A DNA stretch of 64,000 nucleotides, taken from the NCBI GenBank assembly GCA_964599075.1, contig CAZREG010000001.1, positions 123,017 through 187,016 of the forward strand, in the 5' to 3' direction. A program made the position numbers and the translations under genes. Under the pieces are notes generated by a model. It did no database searches. It saw only the letters and a program-made list of their open reading frames with translations, and was not told where the DNA came from. Origin of the DNA: an uncultured Spirochaetaceae bacterium. Its GTDB lineage: Bacteria; Spirochaetota; Spirochaetia; DSM-27196; SLST01. Positions 18,311-28,556 of this stretch are shown piece by piece (within the stretch, counting starts at the first letter, position 1; the number at the start of each line of letters is the position of its first letter).

Positions 18311-19272
18311 TAGTTCCTCTTCTTGGCGCCGGCCTCGATAAACCGTTTTCTCAAGCCTTCCTCGCCCGGATAGAGATCACGCGGGATGCTGCCCCCACCC
18401 ATGTGGATGTGTCCGCCCCCGGCGCCAATCCCGTCGAGCGCCTTGCGGATGATCACGTCCGCAGGACGTGCGCTGTCCTCGCTTCGTACACTGAGCCGAT
18501 ACTCTTCCCGGTCCGGCTCAACCACGACCACAAAGCTCAACTCGCGCAGCCCCAGGAAAAAGTCCGCCACCAGAGCCATCACCTCCTGGGTGCACTCCTT
18601 GGTAACCGGCACAAAGCAGAAGTCCCCGGCTACCACACAGGCGTTGATAGCCTCACGGAAAAGACCCAGATCTCTGAGTGAGAGGCTGTTCTTCAACAGC
18701 TTGCTGCCAAGCTGCCAGTCGCCTTTGAAAAAGAGGGCGGTGAATGCGACCAGGTCCGGCTCCGAGACGCCACGGGTCATAAATCCGGTATCCATCATAA
18801 GACCGATGAGCAACGCCGTGGCGACTGAATCACTGAGCTCGCTCCCGGTCTCCTCGAAGTAGCTGTAGACAATGCTGCAGCAGGCTCCAAAGTTCTCGCG
18901 GATGTCATGAAAAGGAATGGTAGGCTCTGTGGGCGGGCTGTGATGATCAATAACCCCATAGATCTCACCGCGCAGACCAGTAATGTTGGAGTTCCCCACG
19001 AACCCGTCAATGATGATGATCTGCGCGTCCTCCGCAATGCCGGCCTCACCGGCGGCGGTGATTGGAATGGAGAGGACTTCGATCTCCTCAGCAAGGCTGG
19101 CACTCTGAATGTCCCCGCCGTAGCTCAGTTTGACGCTACAGCCCCGCTCGGCGAGCAGGCGCGAGAGGGCAAACGCCGCACCAACTGCGTCGTGATCGGG
19201 GAAGTCGTGCGCCTGAATTACCACCTCCCGAGATGTATCAAGTCCCGAAAGCAGCGCCTGAAAGCTGCTCAT
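18310..19272 (-). CDS. DHH/DHHA1-family phosphoesterase (NrnA-like)
   Basis: Start at ATG 19272 (MSSFQALL...) forms an ATGA overlap with the upstream TPR gene stop. Motifs DHDAVGA, IIIDGF, IDHH, GGGH. Confidence 0.8.
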   Translation of the reverse strand: MSSFQALLSGLDTSREVVIQAHDFPDHDAVGAAFALSRLLAERGCSVKLSYGGDIQSASLAEEIEVLSIPITAAGEAGIAEDAQIIIIDGFVGNSNITGLRGEIYGVIDHHSPPTEPTIPFHDIRENFGACCSIVYSYFEETGSELSDSVATALLIGLMMDTGFMTRGVSEPDLVAFTALFFKGDWQLGSKLLKNSLSLRDLGLFREAINACVVAGDFCFVPVTKECTQEVMALVADFFLGLRELSFVVVVEPDREEYRLSVRSEDSARPADVIIRKALDGIGAGGGHIHMGGGSIPRDLYPGEEGLRKRFIEAGAKKRN

Positions 19273-20678
19273 TCGCCCGCTCCTTCCTGCGAACGATACG
19301 ACTGCAGGCGCCAACTGGCAAGCCTCTGCTCCATGAAGCCGGGCGGCAGCTCTGCTTCAGCCTGCAGGAAGCTCGCCTGGGCAGTCTGGGTGCGGCCAAG
19401 AAGCTCCATCCGGGCTCCCAGGTAAAAGTACATACGAGCCTTCAGCGTGTTGTCCCGCAGGTCACGAAGCTGCGTAAGGACAAGCCCCTCGTTCGCCGGC
19501 TGAATGTAGTAGCGCATCATCTGGTACTCGATACTTTCACGGGGGAGGAAGTTCACCTCACCGGTCAGGAACCGGGAGGCCTCCGCAGTTCGTTCGTCGT
19601 GCATCATTGCGAGCGCAGCAAGAAGCGCGAACTCAACCCGCTGCTGATCCTCTTCGAATGCGGCCCGAAAGAGCGGTTCGGCTGCGTTGTAGTCCTCGAA
19701 CATGTAGAAGAGCACGGCTGTAGGAGCATATGCCGGAACGTAATCGGGCCGCCGGGCAAGCACAATTTGATAGTCAGCAAGCGCCCGCTCGTACTCGTCC
19801 ATGGCATCGAGCGCTCGTGCGCGGAGAGCGTAGCCGAGAAACCTGTCCCCATCCAATAAGACGGCGCGGTCAAAGTCCTCGGCCGCAGCAGCGTAGCGGC
19901 GCCGCTCAAAGCGGACCCGTCCCCGATCCACGTAGTGCCAGTAGTAGTCGGGCTCCAGCTCAATGGCACGGGTGAGATCGCCTTCCGCCTGCCCCAGTTC
20001 GAACTGCTGAACGTGAGCACGCGCCCGGTCACTGTATGCGAAGCTGTAGTCGGGCGAAACATCTATCGCGGCTGTGAGCTGCTCCTCCGCCTCCTGGTAG
20101 CGCCGCTGGCGAAGATAGACGTTCGCCAGACCAACCCGGGCAACCAGATTACCGGGGTCGGCGGCAACTGCGCTCTGAAAGCTGGCCTCCGCGGCACGGG
20201 TCGATCGCCCCACAAGCTGGAGCTCCCCCAGGGCAGAGAGCGCCTGGGCATTCTCCGGGTCTATGGCTACGATCTGTTCAAGAATAGTGCGCTGTCCCGC
20301 AGTGTCACCGCGGGAGGCCCGGACCAGGCTCAGGAGATAGAGCGCATCCGTGTTTTCCGGCTCCAAGGCCAGCACCTCCTGGAGCACCGTTTGTGCAGCG
20401 TCCAGCTCTCCGGCAATGAGATAAAGATTCGCCAGAAGGACCTGTGTCCCCGGATCGTCCGGATTGTTGAGGTTCGCCTCCTCATATGCGGCCATGGCGG
20501 CGGCAGGGTCACCGGTCTGAACGGAGAGACTGATCGCACGGTACGCCTCCGGGATCGTCAGGAGGTCCGGTGGCTGCTCCTCGGCCGGCGGAGGGCCTGG
20601 AGCGGTAACACAACCTCCCAGGGCCATGAGGGCCAGCAACGCTGCCGACAGGAGACCGAACAAAGGAATTCGTTTCAT
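19269..20678 (-). CDS. TPR-repeat lipoprotein
   Basis: Start at ATG 20678 (MKRIPLFGLLSAALLALMALGGC lipobox). Many 34-residue TPR-like repeats (A..Y..A...P....A...LA..Y). Confidence 0.8.
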   Translation of the reverse strand: MKRIPLFGLLSAALLALMALGGCVTAPGPPPAEEQPPDLLTIPEAYRAISLSVQTGDPAAAMAAYEEANLNNPDDPGTQVLLANLYLIAGELDAAQTVLQEVLALEPENTDALYLLSLVRASRGDTAGQRTILEQIVAIDPENAQALSALGELQLVGRSTRAAEASFQSAVAADPGNLVARVGLANVYLRQRRYQEAEEQLTAAIDVSPDYSFAYSDRARAHVQQFELGQAEGDLTRAIELEPDYYWHYVDRGRVRFERRRYAAAAEDFDRAVLLDGDRFLGYALRARALDAMDEYERALADYQIVLARRPDYVPAYAPTAVLFYMFEDYNAAEPLFRAAFEEDQQRVEFALLAALAMMHDERTAEASRFLTGEVNFLPRESIEYQMMRYYIQPANEGLVLTQLRDLRDNTLKARMYFYLGARMELLGRTQTAQASFLQAEAELPPGFMEQRLASWRLQSYRSQEGAGE

Positions 20679-20709
20679 CGCGTGGCGAATGATACTGACG
20701 CCCGGCGCG

Positions 20710-20738
20710 TTGCACAAGCGGATGGCCATTGCTACAAT
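20710..20738 (+). promoter_or_regulatory. putative sigma70-type promoter, short or absent leader
   Basis: TTGCAC (20710-20715), 17-nt spacer, TACAAT (20733-20738). The ATG at 20748 is only 9 nt after the -10 and has no SD. Confidence 0.4.
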
Positions 20739-20747
20739 CAGCGCCGC

Positions 20748-22580
20748 ATGTACTCACGTGTCAGCCGCGCCTACATCATCGTCCCGGCAATCTACATTGT
20801 CATCATTGTAGGACTGCTTCTCCTCCAGTTTGCGGGTGGCGAACGAATCACCCGGACCGTCGGTCAACTCGTTCTCCAGGCAACCCGCGCACCCACAACG
20901 GAAGACGGGCAGTCGTCGGTGCGCGCGGTTGAGCTGACATTCAACGGTGTTGAGTTTCTGTTCAGCGAGGATTCCGGTGCGTCGGTGACTCGCAACGGCA
21001 CAACCGTGCTCCTTGCAGTCGAACGCTACACTCTCTCGGAAGAAGGTTTTTCCATCCATTTCGCGGGAGGATTTCAGCTTAATGCGGTCACCACCAGTGA
21101 ACCGGTCCGTGAGCTCCAGCTCCGACTCAGGACTCCCGATGCCTCGGACGGTATCAGCGAGATCGCGATTCCGTTCGCGCTGACCGGCGAAAGCGAGCTC
21201 AGCGACAGGTCTACAGCCTCCTTTGCGTTTATTGAGAACGGCGTCGACGGGTTCTATCTCACCGTTCCTCCGGGAGCTGAAATCGATCTTCAGACGCGTG
21301 CGATCCGTCTAACCCCGGCGTCAGCCGGTGATGCGATCCGCTACGTGGAGGCGGTGGAGGGAGACCCGGCTCAGGTATCCGCCTGGTTCGAGGATCCTGC
21401 CACCACGATCAGCGACGCACAGATTGCCACCATCATTGAGCAGTACCTGGACTCCGCCTACCGTGGCTGGGACGCAGGACGATACAACCAGGCCGCGCTA
21501 ACCTGGGACAGAGAGGATGCGCCTGCAGCGTTCTCTGAGGCGGCGCTGACCGCATACCTTGCTGAGGCGTGGGAACGCGGCAGTTACGAGCGTGCGTTTG
21601 CCGAGATGCGCCGCGCAACCGACCTTCACCCGGATGCGCTGGGCCTGCTCTCTTCAGTCTACCTTGGTAATTTGAGCGAGGTGCACGCGCAGCAGCTCGC
21701 TGCAGACGGTGCCCGGGCCGGCGCACTGACCGGGCAGATCGAAGCGGGTGATCCTACGGTCTTCCGCGATCCGCAGCTTCTCCGCTTCGCAGCGACCCGA
21801 GGAAGCGAAGAGCTCTACAGCGGCGTCCTTGCACTGCTGGCCTCAATCGATCCACGGACCGTTGATGCGCACACGCTGGTCGGTCTGGCGGCCAACCTCT
21901 TTCTGCTCCAGGCCCCGGACGGGCGCGCTGCCGAGATCGCCGGCCGGCTCGGGCCCCTGGTGCAGCAGTCGCTGTTCGCAACCGTAGTGCGAACCGGCAA
22001 CGGGTTCTTCCTTCAGAGTTCTCCGGGTCAGATCGATGTTCGACTCAGCCTGATCGCCGGCCGTGCCCTGGAGGCGTACGGGCGCTCGACGGAGACAGCG
22101 CGAGTGGTCCGCGCAGGGCGGAATCTGATCGCCAGTGCCCTGGCCCAGGCGGATGTGAACGGGGTGCTCCCCTCGGCTCTGCTGCTTCGTGGCGAACAGG
22201 CCGAACCGTCCGGCGGGGGTCTCTACCCTGAAGAGGTCTACCATCTTCTGGACCCCGCGCCTGCCTACCCGCGCGTTCGATCGCTCTATCGGCAGCTTGG
22301 AAGCGGTCACTGGACCTACACTGCCGTTCCCGTGCAGATTGCCCAGCTCAACGAGCAGCAGTGGGAGTTTATTATTGAGTACCCCAGACTCCGCACGCAC
22401 TACCTGATCTTCTTTGGCATCCCGGAGTTCACGGAGATGGAGCTTTTTGGACAGGTCTGGCGAAACGCGCCGGATTTCGAGATCTACAGCAAGGGACGAC
22501 AGTACGATCCAGACACTCAGGCGCTTCTCATCAAGTACTACGATGACTCCACGCGCGGGCGGATCGTGCTGTTCTACTGA
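20748..22580 (+). CDS. membrane-anchored protein of unknown function
   Basis: ORF 19935-22580 trimmed to ATG 20748 (MYSRVSRAYIIVPAIYIVIIVGLLLLQF, single TM helix). The upstream part is antisense to the TPR gene. No family recognised. Confidence 0.6.
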   Translation: MYSRVSRAYIIVPAIYIVIIVGLLLLQFAGGERITRTVGQLVLQATRAPTTEDGQSSVRAVELTFNGVEFLFSEDSGASVTRNGTTVLLAVERYTLSEEGFSIHFAGGFQLNAVTTSEPVRELQLRLRTPDASDGISEIAIPFALTGESELSDRSTASFAFIENGVDGFYLTVPPGAEIDLQTRAIRLTPASAGDAIRYVEAVEGDPAQVSAWFEDPATTISDAQIATIIEQYLDSAYRGWDAGRYNQAALTWDREDAPAAFSEAALTAYLAEAWERGSYERAFAEMRRATDLHPDALGLLSSVYLGNLSEVHAQQLAADGARAGALTGQIEAGDPTVFRDPQLLRFAATRGSEELYSGVLALLASIDPRTVDAHTLVGLAANLFLLQAPDGRAAEIAGRLGPLVQQSLFATVVRTGNGFFLQSSPGQIDVRLSLIAGRALEAYGRSTETARVVRAGRNLIASALAQADVNGVLPSALLLRGEQAEPSGGGLYPEEVYHLLDPAPAYPRVRSLYRQLGSGHWTYTAVPVQIAQLNEQQWEFIIEYPRLRTHYLIFFGIPEFTEMELFGQVWRNAPDFEIYSKGRQYDPDTQALLIKYYDDSTRGRIVLFY

Positions 22581-22606
22581 CTCAGCAAGAGAGAACAGGG
22601 AGCACT

Positions 22607-23305
22607 ATGAGCATACCGGCGTTTCACATGCTGCACCAGCGGTGCAGCTTCTTCTTTGTCCGCCACGGCCAGTCGGCAAGCAACCTGCAGCGACGCATCC
22701 AGGGACATCAGGAGTCTCCCCTCACCGACGTGGGACGTGAGCAGGCGGCAGCGGCCGGTCACTGGCTCACCGGACAGCCGATCGAGCGCATTTTGACCAG
22801 CCCGCTCGGCCGCACCCGTGAGACCGCCCAGATCATCGCTCGAGCGGCTCGAATCGACCGGATCGAACTGCTGCCCGAGCTCATTGAGCTTGATACCGGA
22901 CGGTACTCAGGCAAGACGTTTTCTGAGCTTGAACCGGAGGATCCGGACCTGTTCGAACGGTTCCGGATCGAAAGCTGGGAGGCGGTGCCGGATGCCGAAC
23001 GGATACGCTCCCTGCAGAGTCGGGCGCTGAAGGTGTGGGAGGAGCTCCTGAAGATCGCCGGCAACGGCGCACGCGCACTCTTGTGCGTCAGCCACGGCGG
23101 AATGATTCAGTGGATTATCAAGGCCACGATCGGGCCCGGTGCCAACCGCTGGATGCCGCTCTTTCCTGCATCCAACTGCGGAATCTTCGAGTTCCGTGCA
23201 GAGACCACGTTACCGCAGGGGTTCCACGGGGAGGTGGCGCCGGGCACCGGCTACTTCGGTGAGTGGCGCCGGATCAACCACGTCCCCTACGATACGCCGG
23301 TCTGA
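22607..23305 (+). CDS. histidine phosphatase (phosphoglycerate mutase) family protein
   Basis: 232 aa with the RHG catalytic motif (FFFVRHGQSASN) and a later SHGG motif (CVSHGGMI). Confidence 0.8.
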   Translation: MSIPAFHMLHQRCSFFFVRHGQSASNLQRRIQGHQESPLTDVGREQAAAAGHWLTGQPIERILTSPLGRTRETAQIIARAARIDRIELLPELIELDTGRYSGKTFSELEPEDPDLFERFRIESWEAVPDAERIRSLQSRALKVWEELLKIAGNGARALLCVSHGGMIQWIIKATIGPGANRWMPLFPASNCGIFEFRAETTLPQGFHGEVAPGTGYFGEWRRINHVPYDTPV

Positions 23306-24801
23306 CGTTCGAGCACCTCTCGCCAGTGTTCGAACGCCTGACGGTAGGCCGGCCGGTCGGTGGAGGGCATGTCTTCCACGGAGAACGCATCCTGTAGCTC
23401 GAGACCAGCGAACGCAGTGTCAGTTGTGTACACGCCGGCCCCGATCCCGGCCCCCCGGGCGGCTCCCTCAGACCCGTCGGTCGCGTAGAGCTCTATCCTG
23501 GCTTCACTGACCGCTGCAAACGCCGACCGGAAGATCGGGCTCTGGAACATGTTCGCATTGCCGGCTCGAATCCGGTCAATCGAGAGTCCCATCTCCCGCA
23601 TGACCTGCAGACCGTAGCCCATGGCAAAAGCCACCCCCTCCTGACCCGCCCGCAGGAGATGCGCACGAGTATGGCGATTGAAGTTAAGCCCGTGGAGGCT
23701 TGCGCCTATGTCGTGGTTCTCGAGCATGCGCTCCGCTCCGTTGCCAAAGGGAAGCATGACCAGGCGCTCGCTGCCAATGGGCGCCTCGGACGCAAGAGCG
23801 TTGAGCTGTGGATAGCTGATCGTGGCCGCGCTGTTGTCCAGGGTCTGCTGCTTGAGCCAGCGATTGCAGATCCCCGTCCCGTTCACGCAGAGCAGCACGC
23901 CGTAGCGCTTCTCCTGCGGAGAGTGATTCACGTGAACGAAGGTGTTGACCCTCGAGCGCGGGTCGTAAGCCGGCCGATCAACAACCCCGTACACAACACC
24001 AGAGGTACCCGCCGTTGCAGCGAGCTCTCCCGGCTTGAGAACGTTGAGACTCAGCGCGTTGTTCGGCTGATCGCCGGCACGGTAGGTCACGGCAGTGCCG
24101 GCAGGAATCCCGAGCTCTTTCGCAGCCTCATCAGTGATCCGCCCCGTCTGCCCAAAGCTCTGAACGTGTGGCGGCAGGACAGAGGTCGGAAACCCGAAAT
24201 AGTCGAGCACAACCTGAGCGGGAGCCTCCTCCTGGGCATCCCAGAGGATTGCCTCGCTGAGCCCGCTGATGGTGGTCACGAGCTCGCCGGTCATCCGGAA
24301 TGCAAGATAGTCACCGGGAAGCATCATCCGGTCGATCGAGTGATAGAGTTCCGGCTCCATGTGCTTGACCCAGGCAAGCTTCGCTGCAGTGAAGTTGCCC
24401 GGGCTGTTGAGAAGCCGGGCAAGTGTCTGCTGCTCGCCCATATCGGAGAGCGCCTTCTCACCGTACGGCACGGCGCGACTGTCGCACCAGATAATCGCAG
24501 GCCGAAGCACCTGTCCGGCAGAGTCGATTACGACCAGCCCATGCATCTGATAGGAGATGCCTACGGCAACGGTGGCATCCACCTCACGCGCGTGCTCCTT
24601 TCGCAGGAGTGAGATCGCACGGCCCATGTGCTCCCACCAGGTATCCGGGTGCTGCTCGGCCCAGCCTGCCTGTTTCGCAGCTATGGCGAGTTCGGTGTCC
24701 GGTGAGGTGGCTGAGGCAACCAGCGTACCACTTCCGGCATCCAGCAGGCTCGCCTTGATGGAGCTGCTTCCTACGTCGAATCCAATCAGGTAATCAGCCA
24801 T
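23287..24801 (-). CDS. xylB: xylulokinase (FGGY family)
   Basis: 504 aa. FGGY N-terminus IGFDVGSSSIKASL and FGNGAERML motif. Sits directly downstream of tkt on the same strand. Confidence 0.75.
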   Translation of the reverse strand: MADYLIGFDVGSSSIKASLLDAGSGTLVASATSPDTELAIAAKQAGWAEQHPDTWWEHMGRAISLLRKEHAREVDATVAVGISYQMHGLVVIDSAGQVLRPAIIWCDSRAVPYGEKALSDMGEQQTLARLLNSPGNFTAAKLAWVKHMEPELYHSIDRMMLPGDYLAFRMTGELVTTISGLSEAILWDAQEEAPAQVVLDYFGFPTSVLPPHVQSFGQTGRITDEAAKELGIPAGTAVTYRAGDQPNNALSLNVLKPGELAATAGTSGVVYGVVDRPAYDPRSRVNTFVHVNHSPQEKRYGVLLCVNGTGICNRWLKQQTLDNSAATISYPQLNALASEAPIGSERLVMLPFGNGAERMLENHDIGASLHGLNFNRHTRAHLLRAGQEGVAFAMGYGLQVMREMGLSIDRIRAGNANMFQSPIFRSAFAAVSEARIELYATDGSEGAARGAGIGAGVYTTDTAFAGLELQDAFSVEDMPSTDRPAYRQAFEHWREVLERQTGVS

Positions 24802-26772
24802 CTACGCCTCTATCAGTTTCTGCAGTGCCTTGGCGGTGAATCCCAGATGCTCGGCAACTGCGGCTCCAGGCCCAGACTCCCCGAACCGGTCGAGTGCGAA
24901 AATGTCACCGCGGCTCGTTGCAATGCCCTCCCACCCCTGGGATATTCCGACTTCAGCAGTGATAACGCGGACACTCTCCGGAAAAAGAGCGCGATAGAAG
25001 CTCTCGCTCTGTTCCCGCATTCTCTCTCTTGAGATGATTGACACCACCCGCACCTTCCTGTTGCTCTTGCCCGCCGCCTCAATCGCGAGTGGCACCTCGC
25101 TTCCGGTCGCCGCGACCACCACGTCCGGTGTGCCATTGGTATCAAGGGCAACGTAGGCTCCCTTGCGAAGAGAGTCCTTCCAGTCCGCGGGCTTGGCAAA
25201 AGCGAGCAGATTCTGGCGGGTGAGGACAAGAGCCGTTGGGCCGCCGGTACGCTCCATAGCCATGAGCCAGGCCTCTCCGGTCTCTTCCGCGTCGGCAGGG
25301 CGCAGAACGGTAAGCCCGGGAATGGAGCGAAGCGCCGCAACATGCTCAACCGGCTGATGGGTCGGCCCGTCTTCACCAACAAAGATGGAGTCGTGGGTAA
25401 AGACGTAGATCACCGGCAGGCCCATGATGGCGGCAAGCCGGATGCTTGGTCGCATGTAGTCGGAAAAGACCAGGAAGGTTGCACAGAAGGGCCGCAGACC
25501 ACCGTAGAGCGCAATGCCATTGGTCGCGGCCCCCATTCCGTGCTCACGGACACCAAAGTTGATGGTTCGACCCGTTGGGGTACCAGTGGAGAAGACGCCG
25601 TGGTCGGGCATTGCGGTGATATTGGATCCGGCAAGATCGGCCGAGCCACCGACGAAACAGGGCACCGCGTCCGCCAGTGCGTTGAGCACCGCGCCGCTCG
25701 CCTTACGAGTGGCGTTCTTGCTTCCCACCTCAACCGATGGAAGCTTCACGTCCTTGAGATAGTCCAGGCCCCCGGCCTGGCAGGCGTCCCACTGGGTAGC
25801 GAGCCGGGGGTTCGCCGACCGCCACGCGGCAAAGGTCTTCTTCCAGGCCTGGTAACGCTCACCAAGCTCAGCACGGCGCTTCTCAAAAAAGGCGGGGACA
25901 TCAGGATGGACGTAGAACGCCTGGTCCTCGGGGATGCCGAGTGCCTTGCGCGTTGCCTTGACCTCATCCTCACCGAGCGCTGCGCCATGGACTGCGGCCG
26001 TACCCGCCTTGTTTGGCGAGCCCTTTCCAATGAGGGTGCGCAGAATGATCATGGTCGGTTTTCCGGTCTCCGCCTTCGCCCGGGAGATCGCCTTCTCAAC
26101 TGCAGGCACGTCGTAGCCGTCACAGTGCATGACCTGCCAGCCGTACGCCTCGTAGCGGGCACCCACGTTCTCGGTGAAGGTGATATCGGTACTTCCGTCT
26201 ATGGAAATGTCGTTGTCGTCGTAGAAGACTATGAGCTTTCCAAGGCCAAGATGACCGGCGAGCGAGCTGGCCTCACTGGAGATGCCCTCCATCATGTCAC
26301 CGTCTCCGGCCAGAACGTAGGTGTAGTGATCCACGATCGTGTGCTCTGCGGTGTTGTAGGTGCCGGCGATCATCTGCTCACCAATCGCCAGACCCACGGC
26401 GTTGGAGATTCCCTGGCCCAGCGGCCCGGTGGTGGTCTCAATACCAACCGTGTGGCCGTATTCAGGGTGGCCCGGGGTCTTTGAGCCCACCTGGCGGAAA
26501 CTCTTCAGCTCATCAAGAGGCAGGCCAAAGCCCGCAAGGTGCAGGAGCGAGTAGAGAAACATGGACCCGTGGCCGGCAGAGAGCACAAAACGGTCCCGGT
26601 TTGGCCATGAAGGGTCGCCCGGGTGGTAGCTCATCTCCTGACCATAGAGCAAGGCGCCAAGCTCGGCGCATCCCATGGGCAGGCCGGGGTGACCGGAGTT
26701 CGCTTCCTGAACCCCGTCCATTGAGAGTGATCGAATTGAGAGTGCTATTGCATCAACCGCGTTCTTGTCCAT
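24802..26772 (-). CDS. tkt: transketolase
   Basis: 656 aa. SGHPGLPMG, LSAGHGSMFLYSLLHL, GDGDMMEG (TPP binding), GEDGPTHQPVEH. Confidence 0.95.
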   Translation of the reverse strand: MDKNAVDAIALSIRSLSMDGVQEANSGHPGLPMGCAELGALLYGQEMSYHPGDPSWPNRDRFVLSAGHGSMFLYSLLHLAGFGLPLDELKSFRQVGSKTPGHPEYGHTVGIETTTGPLGQGISNAVGLAIGEQMIAGTYNTAEHTIVDHYTYVLAGDGDMMEGISSEASSLAGHLGLGKLIVFYDDNDISIDGSTDITFTENVGARYEAYGWQVMHCDGYDVPAVEKAISRAKAETGKPTMIILRTLIGKGSPNKAGTAAVHGAALGEDEVKATRKALGIPEDQAFYVHPDVPAFFEKRRAELGERYQAWKKTFAAWRSANPRLATQWDACQAGGLDYLKDVKLPSVEVGSKNATRKASGAVLNALADAVPCFVGGSADLAGSNITAMPDHGVFSTGTPTGRTINFGVREHGMGAATNGIALYGGLRPFCATFLVFSDYMRPSIRLAAIMGLPVIYVFTHDSIFVGEDGPTHQPVEHVAALRSIPGLTVLRPADAEETGEAWLMAMERTGGPTALVLTRQNLLAFAKPADWKDSLRKGAYVALDTNGTPDVVVAATGSEVPLAIEAAGKSNRKVRVVSIISRERMREQSESFYRALFPESVRVITAEVGISQGWEGIATSRGDIFALDRFGESGPGAAVAEHLGFTAKALQKLIEA

Positions 26773-26862
26773 CTATTCCTCCAAACCTATCTCCGCATGA
26801 TAGCAAGGCGAACAGGCGTTGTCACGGAGGAGGACGCTCTGGCGGCCCACACCTGCTCCTGA

Positions 26863-27960
<1,098 letters not shown>

Positions 27961-27977
27961 GCGCGTCCGGCGCCGCC

Positions 27978-28556
27978 TCAGCGCGTGGAGAGCTCTGCAG
28001 CTATCTGATCGAGCGTTATGCCCTCGCTCGCCAGCAGGACCAGGAGATGGTAGATCAGATCTGAGGTCTCGCTGACCAGGCGGTTGTCCGGAGCCAGAAT
28101 GAGCTCTACCGCCTCCTCACCGAGCTTCTTGCGGATCTTTTCGCCACCGGAGGAGAAGAGGTGGGTGGTGTAGCTGCCTTCAGGCAGCTCGCGCTGGCGT
28201 TCAGCAATGAGGGCGGCGAGCGCGGTGAGCACCCCACCTATCTGTTCGGATCCCGGCTCACTGGTGGCACTCTGCGATCTGGTTTCGGCGTGCCGGCTTG
28301 ATCGGGCGCCGGAAGGCTCCGAGCGCTCGGGGGACAGGCGTGCCAGATTCCAGCTTCCGCGGGCTTCCAGCGCCACAGGCCGGTCGTCGGAGTATGGAAG
28401 AACGCGATCATTCGTGGTCACCACCCAGAGATGCCCCTGCTCAATGCTCTTCTCAAACGCCTTCCGGTTCTGTCTTGCCAGATCGGTGGGACCGTCGTCA
28501 TCACAGATAACAACGGGAACGGTGTCCGGTTTCTCATTGAAATGTGCCATTACCAC
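27978..28556 (-). CDS. hisE: phosphoribosyl-ATP pyrophosphatase (HisE) with an unrecognised or degenerate N-terminal domain
   Basis: The C-terminal ~90 aa are HisE-like (SYTTHLFSSGGEKIRKKLGEEAVELI...DLIYHLLVLL). The N-terminal ~100 aa lack the HisI Cys/His motifs. 7-nt overlap with hisA. Confidence 0.7.
   Translation of the reverse strand: MVMAHFNEKPDTVPVVICDDDGPTDLARQNRKAFEKSIEQGHLWVVTTNDRVLPYSDDRPVALEARGSWNLARLSPERSEPSGARSSRHAETRSQSATSEPGSEQIGGVLTALAALIAERQRELPEGSYTTHLFSSGGEKIRKKLGEEAVELILAPDNRLVSETSDLIYHLLVLLASEGITLDQIAAELSTR

Noticed and set aside
19935-20747. 271-codon N-terminal extension of ORF 19935-22580
   Set aside because: It is antisense to the TPR lipoprotein gene. A promoter plus a TM-helix-bearing start at 20748 explains the gene better.
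25342-26484. 380-aa ORF antisense to transketolase
   Set aside because: Shadow ORF inside tkt with no family signal.
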